DNA of 64,000 nt from Octopus bimaculoides. Lineage: Eukaryota. The stretch covers positions 21,073,701 to 21,137,700 of the forward strand of contig NC_068988.1 in NCBI RefSeq assembly GCF_001194135.2. The letters run 5' to 3'. The notes beneath the pieces are model-generated. The model searched no databases and was not told the DNA's origin. It was given only the letters and a program-made list of their open reading frames with translations. A program made the position numbers and the translations under genes. Shown here piece by piece: positions 39,446-51,205 of this stretch; positions within the stretch are counted from its first letter, which is position 1, and every line of letters starts with the position of its first letter.

Positions 39446-40241
39446 GGTTACAACAATAAAGAATCCGATCAACAGAACAGCCTGCTCATGAAATTAGCAT
39501 GCAAGTGGCTGAGCACTCCACAAACACGTGTACCCTTAACGTAATTCTCAGGGAGATTCAGCATGACACAAAGTGTGATAAGGCTGGCCCTTTTGAGAAG
39601 ACCCAGCAAGCCAAGTGAAACCATAACCCATAATCCGATGCCAGTGGTGTAACCAGCCCACTTATGCATATCTTTCCTTCATTGGACACTAAACTCTGCT
39701 TGCGAAGACCTGTTGAAGCAAATGAAATTGAAATCAAATTCGATGACAGCACCGCTTGACTGGCATCCGTGCTAGTGGAGCGCTAAGAGCACCATCTGAG
39801 CGTGATTGTTGCCAGGGCCGCTGACTGGCTCCTCTGCTGGTGGCACATAAAAAGTACCATTCGAGCGTGATCGTTACCAGCGTTGCCTTACTGGCACTTG
39901 AGGTCAGTTTTGGCAAGGTTTTTACAGCTGGATGCCCTTCCGAATATGCCATGTAAAAAATATTCAGTTCACGCTGTAAAGTGGTTGGCATTTAGAAGGG
40001 CATCCAGCCGTAAAAACCATGCCAAAACTGACCTCACCTATGCTGGTGCCACGTAAAAAGCACTCAGCCCACTCTGTGGGGTGGTTGGTGTTAGGAAGGG
40101 CATCCAGCCATAAAAACCATACCAAAGCAGGCACAAAACTCTAGTGCAGTCTTCTGCCAGGTCATGGCAGGCAGACACTAAATGATGATGATGATGATGA
40201 TATATATGTTGAGGATGATACTGTTTTGCTTTCCTTTAAAG

Positions 40242-40341
40242 ACCGCATGGAAGAAATATTGAATAGTTCTGCCTACTTGGAGACTTGTCGAAGGAAACAT
40301 GATGCTGAGAAGAAACATGCTGCCAGAAATGCACTAGAAAA
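40242..40341 (+). CDS. LRSAM1: LRSAM1 exon 15
   Basis: (N)RMEEILNSSAYLETCRRKHDAEKKHAARNALE; ttcctttaaag / GTAAAT; 100 nt, phase 1-2. Confidence 0.87.
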
Positions 40342-40562
40342 GTAAATATTCCTGAATTTTACCTGTCATTTAATTTTGGATGTTGTTATTCCGTATTCTC
40401 AGCCCTGACTGAACTAGAAAAACTGTGGCTATTCATTGTTATACCTGTAAAGTCAACCCGCCATTCACTACCTGTAAAGTCAACCCGCCATTCACTGCCA
40501 ATTCTTTTATGTTGTTGTGTTTTAATAAAGATTTATTCCTGTTTCTTTTTTTTTTTACCCAG

Positions 40563-40647
40563 AGAGATGAATTCCACTGTGTTGAATGATATCTTGCAAT
40601 CAAAGTCAGCAGAACAGGATGAAATGGTCAAAGTTCTTACTCAGCAG
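40563..40647 (+). CDS. LRSAM1: LRSAM1 exon 16
   Basis: (K)EMNSTVLNDILQSKSAEQDEMVKVLTQQ; long T tract + acccag / GTTTGT; 85 nt, phase 2-0. Confidence 0.88.
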
Positions 40648-41014
40648 GTTTGTTGTGGTATTTCTTCCGACAACTCTATATTAGCCAGTCTCATGATCTA
40701 GTATATAAAACACTTTTTTTTGTCTTTGATTCTGGAGATGTCTTTGAAGTAACCACTTGATACGGTCATCTTGGATTTGTAGGGGCTGAGGTCAAAATAA
40801 TGTTTCAAGTAAATGTAGATAAGGAGGGGATGCTTTACAATAGTATTTATGAATGGGGAATTTTTTTCTCTGGAAGTAAGCATCCAACCCTTATCTTGAT
40901 GAGGGTTGTATTTGTAGAGTTTCAAATGGGTACCCAATTGACGGGAGTAAGTTCAGGTAAGATTTCTGGAATTGAATTATGTTTTGTGTCCGACATATGA
41001 GAAATGATGAGAAA

Positions 41015-41045
<31 letters not shown>

Positions 41046-41852
41046 GATTAGGATTAAAATGTACCTAGATTTCCAAGAAGTAGGGCGAGTTTTGAGATAG
41101 TTTACTGATTAGCTGAAAGACCTTTTGAATTTGAATAAATATACTCTTAAATAATGCAGGTTTTACAATACATCTGAAGTAAGGGAAAATTGGACTTCAA
41201 ATATGATGTTTTTTTGTTTTTCAGGGTCAGTATAATTCTTGGGTTTTTAATAGAGACTCCCTAATTTTTAAAGGAGAATGTGAATAATATTATGTAGTCA
41301 TAGTCACTGAAATGGCTAATCCTCATTAAATGTTTTCCAACAACATCTGGTAGTCCTCATATTACCTTTGATAGTTTCTTAAATGTCTACTTATGTACAT
41401 GTTTGTCTGCATGTCTATTTGGGTTTTTGTTAGTGCCATGATGGTATTTTCACTGGGTTTTTTTTAAAATTATTTACCTTCCATGTTTGCAAAGATAGAT
41501 TGAGTTTGGTAAATTCATATTAAAACAGTTGTGTTTACAGCTGAATAAACTTTCAACTGCTAATCAGTCAGCTGTAAAAATAAGAACTCACTTATCAGGT
41601 GTATAAACTAATACAAGCAAAATTTTGTATCTTATTTTGGGGTACAAAAAATAGATATGATATCTGAACTCCGAACCATCTTGTCAAAAGTCTTGACTCA
41701 GCAGCTACAGTGCATTTTGAATGTTTAAAAGTCTAGTATCTGAATTATTAACCTTTATATGAAATAACATTTACATATTTATAAGATAAAATAGTTACAT
41801 GCTAATATTTCATGTGCATAGAGGTAATGATTTTTTTTTTTATTATTATCAG

Positions 41853-42008
41853 GAAGAACTTCAGAAAGCAGCTTTTGAAGCTCTGCTTATGCAGAAAGAC
41901 TCACGTCACAGTCGGGTTTCCTCCCAGATTGCTCTGATTGAGAAAGAATTGGCTCAGTTGACGGCAATTGAAATTGAGAGGAAAGAATTACGAATAGACA
42001 TGGAAAAG
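41853..42008 (+). CDS. LRSAM1: LRSAM1 exon 17
   Basis: [52 protein letters not shown] (human [35 protein letters not shown]); 156 nt. Confidence 0.96.
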
Positions 42009-42084
42009 GTAACAAAAAACATTCTCCTTCTTTATTTTAAGCTGAGCAAAATAGCAGCATCATTTTATCATCATTTTATCTTCA

Positions 42085-42480
42085 TCTATGGTCATGAATG
42101 TTGGGTAACAACCAAAAGAATGCAATCCTGAATTCAAACTGCCAAAATGGGGTTCCTCCAAAGAATCTCTGAACTAATGTTACTTGACAGGGTGCGTAAC
42201 TCAAAGATCAGGGTGTCTTTCCCGGTTGAACTGCTACTTCTCTGCATTGAGAGGTCACAGCTCTGGTATTATGGACACGTGGTTAGAATGCCCCAGGAAA
42301 GGATCGCAAAATGGATTCTTGAAGCCAAGTCAATCAGCTGGAGACCTCGGTGTAGGCCAAGAGCAAGATGGTTGGATGATATCCATAATCTCAGTTAGTC
42401 ATGTTTGGGAATCCAGTAAGAAAGTATGATAGTTGCTTCTGGCAGAAATCTTTGGAGAAGGTGCCCGAGGGCTCTTTTCC
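42085..42480 (+). mobile_element. RTE-clade LINE ORF2 C-terminal fragment
   Basis: YGHECW...MGFLQRI...LDRVRN...IERSQLWYYGHVVRMPQERIAKWILEAK...RPRCRPRARWLDDI. Confidence 0.88.
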
Positions 42481-43347
42481 CACAACCCTCCCAAGAATTG
42501 TGGGCAACAAAAATGGATACTTTTAATTGTTTTATTTTCATATGGTTTCGGTTGAACAGATCTATAATATGGTACATTACTATTGGCTATGCATCATGAC
42601 GTCAATCAAGCAAAGGGTTCTTAGCTCATACCTCACCATTATTTCTTTATACATGTGATGTGTATGTATACATACACACATATGTATGCACCATTGTCTA
42701 GACCTCATGTAATGGTTGTAAATGAGTGTCGTTATCATAAATTTGTTTCCAGTCTTCTGTGAAAAACATGTCTGTACATGGGTAAATATTACCTTACTCG
42801 GAAACAGACAAGGGTTGGCCACAGGAAAGGCATCCAGCCATAGAAAATCCACTTCAGCAAATTCAGCATGGAATAGTGTATGTTAAATGATGATAATGAT
42901 GACTACAACGATGCTGGCTGCTGCTGCTGTTCAGGTTTTTACCTTAAGTATGGTATATGTGCTGTGATATGACTAGCAATACAATAGAAGCCATATTACC
43001 ATCTGTTTAACACTAGCATCCTTACTGATTGGCACTGTATATGCCTTCATGTTCAAATTCATCATCATCTTCATCACTATCATTTAACATGTTTTCCATG
43101 CTTGCATGGGTTGGGTGGTTTGACTGTATCTGATGAGCTGCAAGACTGCATCGAGCTCCATTGTCAGCTTTGGTATGGTTTCTATGGTTAGATACCCTTG
43201 CTAATGGCATAGAATTCCTAACAACACAGAGAATGTAAAAGTAAGTCTAGTTGAAGCATTCATAAATGTCTGTATCGGTTGATCTTTGAAACATTTCTTT
43301 ATAATCTGCTCTGATCTTGTTTTCATCTTCCTGTTTCTCTCTTACAG

Positions 43348-43443
43348 AATATTCTGGCTGACAAGAGGATAGCTCTAACTGGTATGTTAATGCAGCTCAT
43401 TGCTGAGCGAGACAAGCGAGAGGAACAACTGAAGATGAGGCTT
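43348..43443 (+). CDS. LRSAM1: LRSAM1 exon 18
   Basis: NILADKRIALTGMLMQLIAERDKREEQLKMRL (human [32 protein letters not shown]); cttacag / GTGAGT; 96 nt. Confidence 0.94.
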
Positions 43444-44480
43444 GTGAGTTAGCTACTCTTTCTTTTTTTCCGGCCACTTGGTGTTGTTTGGTCATTTTCT
43501 TGTTGCTCTGCTTACTTAGTGCTTTTCAATGACTCCCATAATATTTCACTTATGACTCTTTACTCTCTATCTGTGCTACTAAAGTGACACTACTCTGTTA
43601 TTAACCATATCAGTTATTACTGTTAACACAGCTACAACATTCAGTAGGTTACTCTTGTTTAATACCAGGTCAGTCTAGCTGTGGCAATCATGTTTTTTTT
43701 TTCCCTATGCAGCATGCACCAAGGACGATATTGTCTGTGTTCTTTTCTGAGATGGTAAGGTTTCATTTCAGAAACACTTAACTGCTGTTTTTACCATGTT
43801 GGTTAGCCTCACACAGGCTTCTTCCATTGGTTTGGTTGATAACAATTTTACTCTGGTGGTAGTTCAGCTGTTCAAAACCATAATTTGTAATTTTAGTATA
43901 GCATCTCAGTGCTGTAGATTGTTAGATCCTTTTGGCTGGTTTCTATGTTTGGAGACCATCCTAACACCAACCACTTTACAGCATGTATTGAGCACTATTC
44001 TTGTGCTACCAGCACTAGTGAGGCCATTATGCAGTTTGCAAGAATAAAACCCTGTGAGGGTAACTTTATGCTCAGTTAAAAAATGAGTAAAAGTATGAGA
44101 GAACGGGCCAGAGGTGAACAGGTTTCTTGTTGTAAAGGAGCTACATGTCTACTCACATTTTAGAAGAGAGTGTTCGCAAAAGGTTTATCACACTTGTATA
44201 TGGCATAAACAAATGATTTATCACACTTGTATATGGCATAAACAAATAATTATCCTGTTCCTGACACATGGACAGAAACAGAGTCAGGAATCAGAGATAT
44301 ATATTGAAAAATTCTTGTTCTTGACATTGTTTAGATTTTGAATACTTGAATTGATCTATGTTTCATGACCTTTGAACTAATTTTCCAAATGTATCACTTC
44401 AGAAAAAATCCCTGAAGATTCTTGTGTTTTTTTGTTTGTTTGTTTTTTTTTCTTCTTTTATTTGTGTTTTTCATTTGTAG

Positions 44481-44579
44481 ACGGAAATGGAAGAGCAACG
44501 GCTGCAAGACCAAACAGATTATTGGTTGGTGCAGTACCAACGCTTGATGGACCGTAAACCACAAGCACTAATTGACCAA
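44481..44579 (+). CDS. LRSAM1: LRSAM1 exon 19
   Basis: TEMEEQRLQDQTDYWLVQYQRLMDRKPQALIDQ (human ENYWLIQYQRLLNQKP); tttgtag / GTAAGT; 99 nt. Confidence 0.96.
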
Positions 44580-44992
44580 GTAAGTGTGTGTGAAGTCTGG
44601 GTGGATATTCTCTGCACCAAACGGTTCTTTATATAAGCAATGGTATCTTAGATTTCCTTTTCCACTGCAATTTTTAGTCAAATCAACAGCTTCAGTCGTT
44701 GCAATATATGTGTTTTAAATTTCGAAATTATCCAATTCTGTATCTGTTGTAATATATTTAAACAAATTCTTGTTGCTTTTTAATATTGATCTTTACATGT
44801 TTTGTAGGATTCATTTGAAGATGGCTTGTTCCAATTCTTCTATTTTTTTTTTTTAATTAATTTCTTTTTAATTCATCAAAAATAAGGTCAGATTTATTAT
44901 ACAAAATACAAATTATAAAATGTTACCAACAGTTGTTTATTTGAAAAAATTGACTTTAAAGAACTTAAACATTAAAAAATTTGGTCTTCTAG

Positions 44993-45124
44993 GAATGGTT
45001 GCTAGAAATTCCTGTGCTTAAGATTCTGGAACAAACGGGTGCTCAGGATTACATACCATTGTTTGCACGTCATCGTATCACTTCTGAGACTCTTTGCCAT
45101 ATGACAGAAGATGATTTGAAACAG
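44993..45124 (+). CDS. LRSAM1: LRSAM1 exon 20 (SAM domain)
   Basis: EWLLEIPVLKILEQTGAQDYIPLFARHRITSETLCHMTEDDLKQ; cttctag / GTTGGT; 132 nt. Confidence 0.95.
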
Positions 45125-45218
45125 GTTGGTATATATTTATATCGATCTAACCATTCCACAACATTTTCATGCAAACCTTGTTACATTTGGTGTTGAATCA
45201 TCAATCTCTGTTAAACTA

Positions 45219-45598
45219 CAGGGTGTCCACAAAGTCTGGGTACATGGAGTAAATAAAATCATGACATAAACAATTAAACATAAGAAATAATAATTTCTTA
45301 AAGTATGCGTTAATCCCCATGTGGGTACATGGAGTAAATAAAATCATAACATAAACAATTAAATATAAGAAATAATAATTTCTTAAAGTATGCGTTAATC
45401 CCCATGTGGGTACATGGAGTAAGTAAAATCATGACAAACAATTAAATATAAGAAATAATAATTTCTTAAAGTATGCATTAATCCCCATGTGGGTACATGG
45501 AGTAAATAAAATCATAACATAAACAATTAAATGTAAGAAATAATAATTTCTTAAAGTATGTGTTAATCCTCATGTACCCAGACTTTGTGGACACCCTG
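45219..45598. mobile_element. Tc1/mariner-type MITE with a 4x internal tandem repeat of about 85 bp
   Basis: Perfect 28-bp TIR CAGGGTGTCCACAAAGTCTGGGTACATG; TA TSD on both sides; units start at 45238, 45323, 45408, 45491. Confidence 0.92.
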
Positions 45599-45929
45599 TA
45601 GAATTGTCCGGTTATCTTTTCTTTTTTTTTGTATTTTGGGAAGATCACTATGCCAATAAGAAACAAATGCACTGGTTCTATTTTACTTCTTTTATAATAA
45701 TAATAATTATTATTATTATTGAGGGAGTGAGCTGGCAGAATCATTAGCACACCAGACAAAATGCTTAGTGGCATTTTGTCCATCTTTACATTCAGTGTTC
45801 AAATCCTTCTGAGGTCAACTTTGCCTTTTATCCTTTCAGGGTTGGTGAAGTAAGGACCAGTGAAACACTGGGGTTGATGTAACCAATTACTCCCCTCCCC
45901 ACAAATTTCAGGTCTTGTGCCTTTAGTAG

Positions 45930-46083
45930 TGTTGTGTGGACGCTCCCAAGCGAAGAAGTAGGATCTTCCAAGACATATAAATGGAGGTAGTCTGGCCATG
46001 GTAGAGTGTTGAGTAGCAGTTGTGTAGCGGTTGAGTAGAGATCATCCGAAGGTGCTAGATAGCAGTAGCGTTGAGACATAACA
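45930..46083. mobile_element. 154-bp solo LTR nested in a SINE
   Basis: TGTTGTGT...ACATAACA termini; 5-bp TSD AGTAG (45925-45929, 46084-46088) interrupting the SINE tail cctttagtagaaaggattatt. Confidence 0.85.
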
Positions 46084-46372
46084 AGTAGAAAGGATTATTA
46101 TTATTATTATTATTAGTCAATTAGTTAATCATTTAACCAATTAACTCATCACTTGCTTGATTAATCATTTGGTCAATCAATCAGCTAGCTTTGTCAAAAT
46201 TCTTTCATTGTCCTCTCTACTCTAAGTCTGTTTCAGACCTGAAAAAAAGTGAAACAGAACCAGTGCATTTGTTTATCATTGGCATAATGACCCTCCCAAT
46301 ATGCAACATACAAGTTTACAACAAGGATTTTCTAAACAAAATATAAAAACATTTGATTATTTCTTTCAACAG

Positions 46373-46462
46373 ATGGGTGTTCATGAACTGGGTGTACGGC
46401 GTGCTATCATGGTACGTCTGCAGGAATACCAATCAACAAAAAAAGTCGACATGCTGCCACCA
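46373..46462 (+). CDS. LRSAM1: LRSAM1 exon 21 (SAM domain end)
   Basis: MGVHELGVRRAIMVRLQEYQSTKKVDMLPP (human VGVSEAGLQHEILRRVQE); tttcaacag / GTAAGT; 90 nt. Confidence 0.93.
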
Positions 46463-46690
46463 GTAAGTTCTAATTTGACATATTTTGTCTTTTCTTTCTT
46501 ATTTCCTGGTCACATGACTTCAGGACAGTTTGTTGAAGTTGGAGATTTTCCATATTTTGTTGAAGTTTCTTTTACAAGTTTATGTTGTATTTTCCAACAT
46601 ACAAGTCAACCTAGTACAACATGTAGTGTAAACATGCAAACATTGTCACTATCTATCCAAATCCTGCTGCATTTCACATGGAATTTCTAA

Positions 46691-47115
46691 GGCGTAGGAG
46701 TGGCTGTGTGGTAAGTAGCTTGCTTACCAACCACATGGTTCCGGGTTCAGTGCCACTGCGTGGCACCTTGGGCAAGTGTCTTCTACTGCAGCCTCGGGCC
46801 GACCAAAGCCTTGTGAGTGGATTTGGTAGACGGAAACTGAAAGAAGCCTGTTGTATATATGTATATATATATATATATATATAAATGTGTGTGTGTGTGT
46901 GTATATGTTTGTGTGTCTGTGTTTGTCCCCCCAACATCACTTGACAACCGATGCTGGTGTGTTTACGTCCCCGTAACTTAGCGGTTCGGCAAGAGAGACC
47001 GATAAAATAAGTACCAGGCTTCCAAAGAATAAGTCCTGGGGTCAATTTGCTCGACTAAAGGCAGTGCTCCAGCATGGCCACAGTCAAATGACTGAAACAA
47101 GTAAAAGAGTCAAAA
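46691..47115 (+). mobile_element. tRNA-head SINE, family B, with internal (TA)n(TG)n; others at about 27313-27700(+), 34200-34500(-), 18636-18800(+), 60590-60760(-), 63075-63195(+)
   Basis: ggcgtaggagtggctgtgtggtaagtagc...ggttccgggttcag...ccttgggcaagtgtc...gactgaaacaagtaaaaga. Confidence 0.85.
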
Positions 47116-49763
47116 AGTAACCCTCCAGAGTCATTTTGGTGGTAAGTCTCCCTGCCTTTTTTAGCTGTAAATTTTGGCCTGAAAAATTCAATTTGTATGC
47201 TGGAAAACATGGTAGATGTTCTTGGCTCTGTTTCTAACATATCAAGGGACAATGTAGAGATTCTGTCTTTGATTTGACCTTAAATATGTTGTTTAACTTC
47301 AGATTGACCATAATCATTTAGACAGGTGTTCATATCTACATGATCATAGACATTTCAGCCATGACCATCCTGCCTTTTATATATCCAAAAACTACAGTGT
47401 CTGATATGTACATTATTAAGACAGTAGGATATAATATGAAGGATATATATAGCTGCTATTTCTAGCAAATTGAATAACCATATAAAGGATTAACCAAGTG
47501 AAGTATAAGATCATTATCATCTTCATCGTTATTTAATGTCCGTTGTCCATGCTGGCATGGGTTGGATGGTTTGACCAGACCTGGCAAGCTGGGTGGCTGC
47601 ACCATACTCCAGTCTGATTTGGCATGATTTCTACAGCTGGATGTCCTTCCTAATGCCAACCACTTTACTGAGTGTACTGGGTGCTTTTACATGGCACTTT
47701 ACAAGTACTTCTACAAGGGGCCATACAGACACTTTTATATGTCACCCTAATTTTTAATTTAAAGTAGATTCTCTCAATCTTCCCTGCCACACACAACTTG
47801 TTTGTTAAATGTTTGATATCTCAGCGGTGTTGCCCCTCACCAGATATTCTTCCTCATATCACCATTCTTTTATAAATCCATAATATCACTCCTCCGCCTT
47901 TCATTTTCTATCTTTATTTTAACATTAACGAACCTGACAACCTCAGAATCCTCTACGTGGTCTCTCAATTTTATTAAAATAGCAACCATATATCCCTCAT
48001 ATCATCCTCTTCTGTTTTAATGAAGAAAGTATATATTGTGGTTTGTGCATCCAGCTCATGATTGTAAGGTCATAGATTCAATTCCCGGTGGTACATTGTG
48101 TTCTTGAACAAGACACTTCATTTCATGTTGTTCCAGTCCACTCAGCTGGCAAAAATGAGTTGTATCTGTAGTTCAGTGGGCCTTGTCACATTTGGTGTCA
48201 TGCTGAATTTCCTTGAGAGCTACATTAAGGATATATGTATCTGTAATGTGCTCAGTCACTTGCACGTTAATTGCATGAGCAGGCTGTTCTGTTGTCATAA
48301 CCAACAGAGTGCCCAACCACATGTTGGACAATGTAGTTTTGAATAGGGTGGTCATGGTTCAATGGTCTTTGATCACGTGTCTACATGGTCGAGTCCATGA
48401 AAGTGTTTCTACATCATCTCTTGATTTGTTAGAAAGTGAAACCAAGAACATCTATAAATTTGTACGAGAACTGCTGCTTGCAAGTCATCAATGCTTGTGT
48501 TAGACCTACAGTGTCTGCTCACAACTTACAAACCAATGAATGAGACTATACAGTCATTTGACTTGCTGAAATGGTAGCCAAGTTTCCTCCTGTTATCTTA
48601 GAAGTGAAAGGGCACATTAGATACAAAGCTGAATGGTATTTAATCTTAGGTCAATTTAATGAGGCCTGACTTGGGAATAAACATCTATAAGCTTATTTAT
48701 GGAAGAGAATTCTAGCATTGTATGTTAATAGTATTTTACTCTTGTATTCAGAATACAGTTTATAATAAATTTATACAGATGCATAACGAGCTAGCATGGA
48801 GAGAAGTGATGTTACATAAATACTATATCATTTATCATTGTTTTAATTCCATTCTGACTTTGAAATACATTATCTTCTTATGCACTGACCCTATGTCATT
48901 TCAAATGAGATATCTTATTGACTGATTGTAGTAGTTCACATCTCTATTTCACAATGTTTTGATATAAGACTGTGAATTAAAATATACAGTGGTTCCATGT
49001 TTGAATCTATTCAGCAGATGCAGGGGTGGATAACTCCAAGATTTTTGTAATGAGTAAGGAAAAAAAATAATTAGATATGTACATACTAAGCGTCTTTGCT
49101 TTTAGTTTAAAATTCAAACTTAAAATAACTGATATATCTGAGTGTATTTAAAAAAAAGAAATAGCAACCAAGATAGGTTGAATGTTGACATACTGAAATC
49201 ATCAGCACCATCTTATATCTGTTTCCCAATGCTGGTACTGGTTGCAAGTCATCACAATCTTAAGTCAGTTCTTTGCGGAGTTACTGTCCTCATAGACATA
49301 TCAGACAAACATGTCTTACTTGGATATTCCATTTTGACATGGTTTCTATGGTTGGACACCATTCACGGTGTTTTGAGTGCATTTTGTAGCACCAGCACTG
49401 GTGAATTTAACTTGTCCTCTGCAAGACTAAAGAGTCTTCTCTACTATACATTGCCTGTTTGTTCAAAATAAACATGAGCTACTGGGTGAATAAAACACGA
49501 GTGTGATGGAGAAAACAGTAATCAAAGCAAGAGGAAAATTGGAAATAAGCACATAGTAAGGTGGGGCAAACTTAATCCAACACATTAACAGCTTTTGGAC
49601 AGGTTTCAGTTTTCCCTTATTCTAGGTTTATCTTTCTTCTTCATTGTGAATAACACTTGATTTGATCAGCTATAACAACTTCTGAATTGCCCTTTGAAAT
49701 GGATAGATACCGCTTGCTTACTGGCAACATTTAAACATCTGACATCTATTTTTTTATTTTCAG

Positions 49764-49913
49764 GACGTTTGCACAGGTGAAGCAGTACGACCTCTGCCCA
49801 CTGCTCCTGCTCCCGAGCCATCACCATCTGAAGAGAACCCGACATCTAGTACCCAACCAATTGTTACAGCTCGTGGACTCTATACAGAATGTTCTATATG
49901 TCTTGACCGAACA
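49764..49913 (+). CDS. LRSAM1: LRSAM1 exon 22 (PTAP motif, start of RING)
   Basis: DVCTGEAVRPLPTAPAPEPSPSEENPTSSTQPIVTARGLYTECSICLDRT; ttttcag / GTAAGT; 150 nt. Confidence 0.94.
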
Positions 49914-51205
49914 GTAAGTCTCTGGTTTAGTTCAAGTGTTGATACCTGGAGAGAATGTTTCACAAAATTGTCAATTGAGGTTTAAAAACAACAACAAAAT
50001 TCTTTGTGAATCTTCCGTTTGAAGCAACATCATCATCATCATAATTTAATGTTGGCATAAGTTTCACAGGATCCTCTGGGTCCAAGGACTGCATTGCAAT
50101 CCAGTGCTTGCTTTGGTATGGCTTCTACAGCTGGCTGCCTCTCCTAATGCCAACCACTTTATAGTGTAAAAAAATATTATTTCCTCTCTTCCAACTACCT
50201 TTTAAATTTAACCCTCAGATTTGAGCCCGTGTCTCTGCATTGCCGCTCTACCAGGAATCCAGCAGTGATGACATTTACCCTATTCATGCCTTAGTGGTAA
50301 CGCAGCATGACCGGGTTAAAATAGCATTTCAATTGAAGGTTTTAATTTAAAGCCTGGTACAGCCTACTGGCTTGCCAGTCCTCAGTCAAACCGTCCAACC
50401 AATGCCAACATGAAAAGTGTATGTTGCCTGACTGGGTTTGCAGATGACGACCTATGGCAAGGCACAGCACTCACTCAGCCACCCTGCCAGGGAAATGGCA
50501 TAGTCATGGGAGTGCAGCATGGCAGATTGTGAAGAGGTAGTGGAAGAGCTCAACTGAGCCAATGGTGCTCCTTACATTGAAGCTGAGTAAAGAAATCCTA
50601 GATCATGATGGTCAAGATCACCAAGCCCTGTCAAGAGTATCTGCAAGGCATCTATAAGGGTGGTGCCATGATTATGTAATCAGCTAATGAAAGATTCACT
50701 ATAACTCAAGTTCCCAATTCAAATCCATAGTAATGGAATTGGATGGTGACAGTCATGAGAATCTACAAAAATAAAATTTAAAAAAGTTGCTGTTCACACA
50801 CACCAAGCATGTCTTTATTTCATTTAGTTTAATTAGGTTAGAAAGAGACGATGAGCGATCACTAGAGAAATATTTAGCTTTGTTTTTAATAACCAGTTGA
50901 TCTAGCAATCGGGGCTTCATATCAGTGAGGGGGTGCCAGTGCGCATTGATGCCGCCGCGAGGTAGGCCCTGAAACGGCGCGCATTCTCTCCTGATGACCC
51001 CATACACCTGCTGGCTTCCGGTATGCGGAGTTCTCGACTGGTAGCACTTGCATGTACGAGTTGTTTGCAAGACATGCTTGATAAAGCTAAAATAATGAAT
51101 AATTTTATCCAAATTTCTCATAAGTTGCTTTATCAGTGTTATTTTTTTTTTTTAACATACATCTTGGTGATTTAGTGTAAAATAATTTTTTCTTTTCTAT
51201 TTCAG

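Noticed and set aside
46463-46690. Open frame continuing 76 codons past LRSAM1 exon 21 (intron-retention isoform)
   Set aside because: Strong GTAAGT donor, intron-like T-rich composition, and the stop falls at a SINE boundary
48752-48925. In-frame alternative terminal exon that would delete PTAP and RING
   Set aside because: Very AT-rich with no coding signature; such acceptors and ORFs are common by chance
50965-51005. GAAA...CTGATGA as a type II hammerhead, and minus-strand GCC-TACCTCGC-GGC as an HDV-like P3/L3
   Set aside because: Hammerhead stems I and II do not pair; HDV P1.1, P2 and J4/2 are not satisfied
50895-51080. RNase MRP CR-V-like (CAATCGGGGCTTCA) or telomerase RNA-like (GGGGCTTC, terminal ACATGC) motifs
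   Set aside because: No upstream CR-I (GAAAGTCCCC) and no CTAACCCTAA template on the same strand
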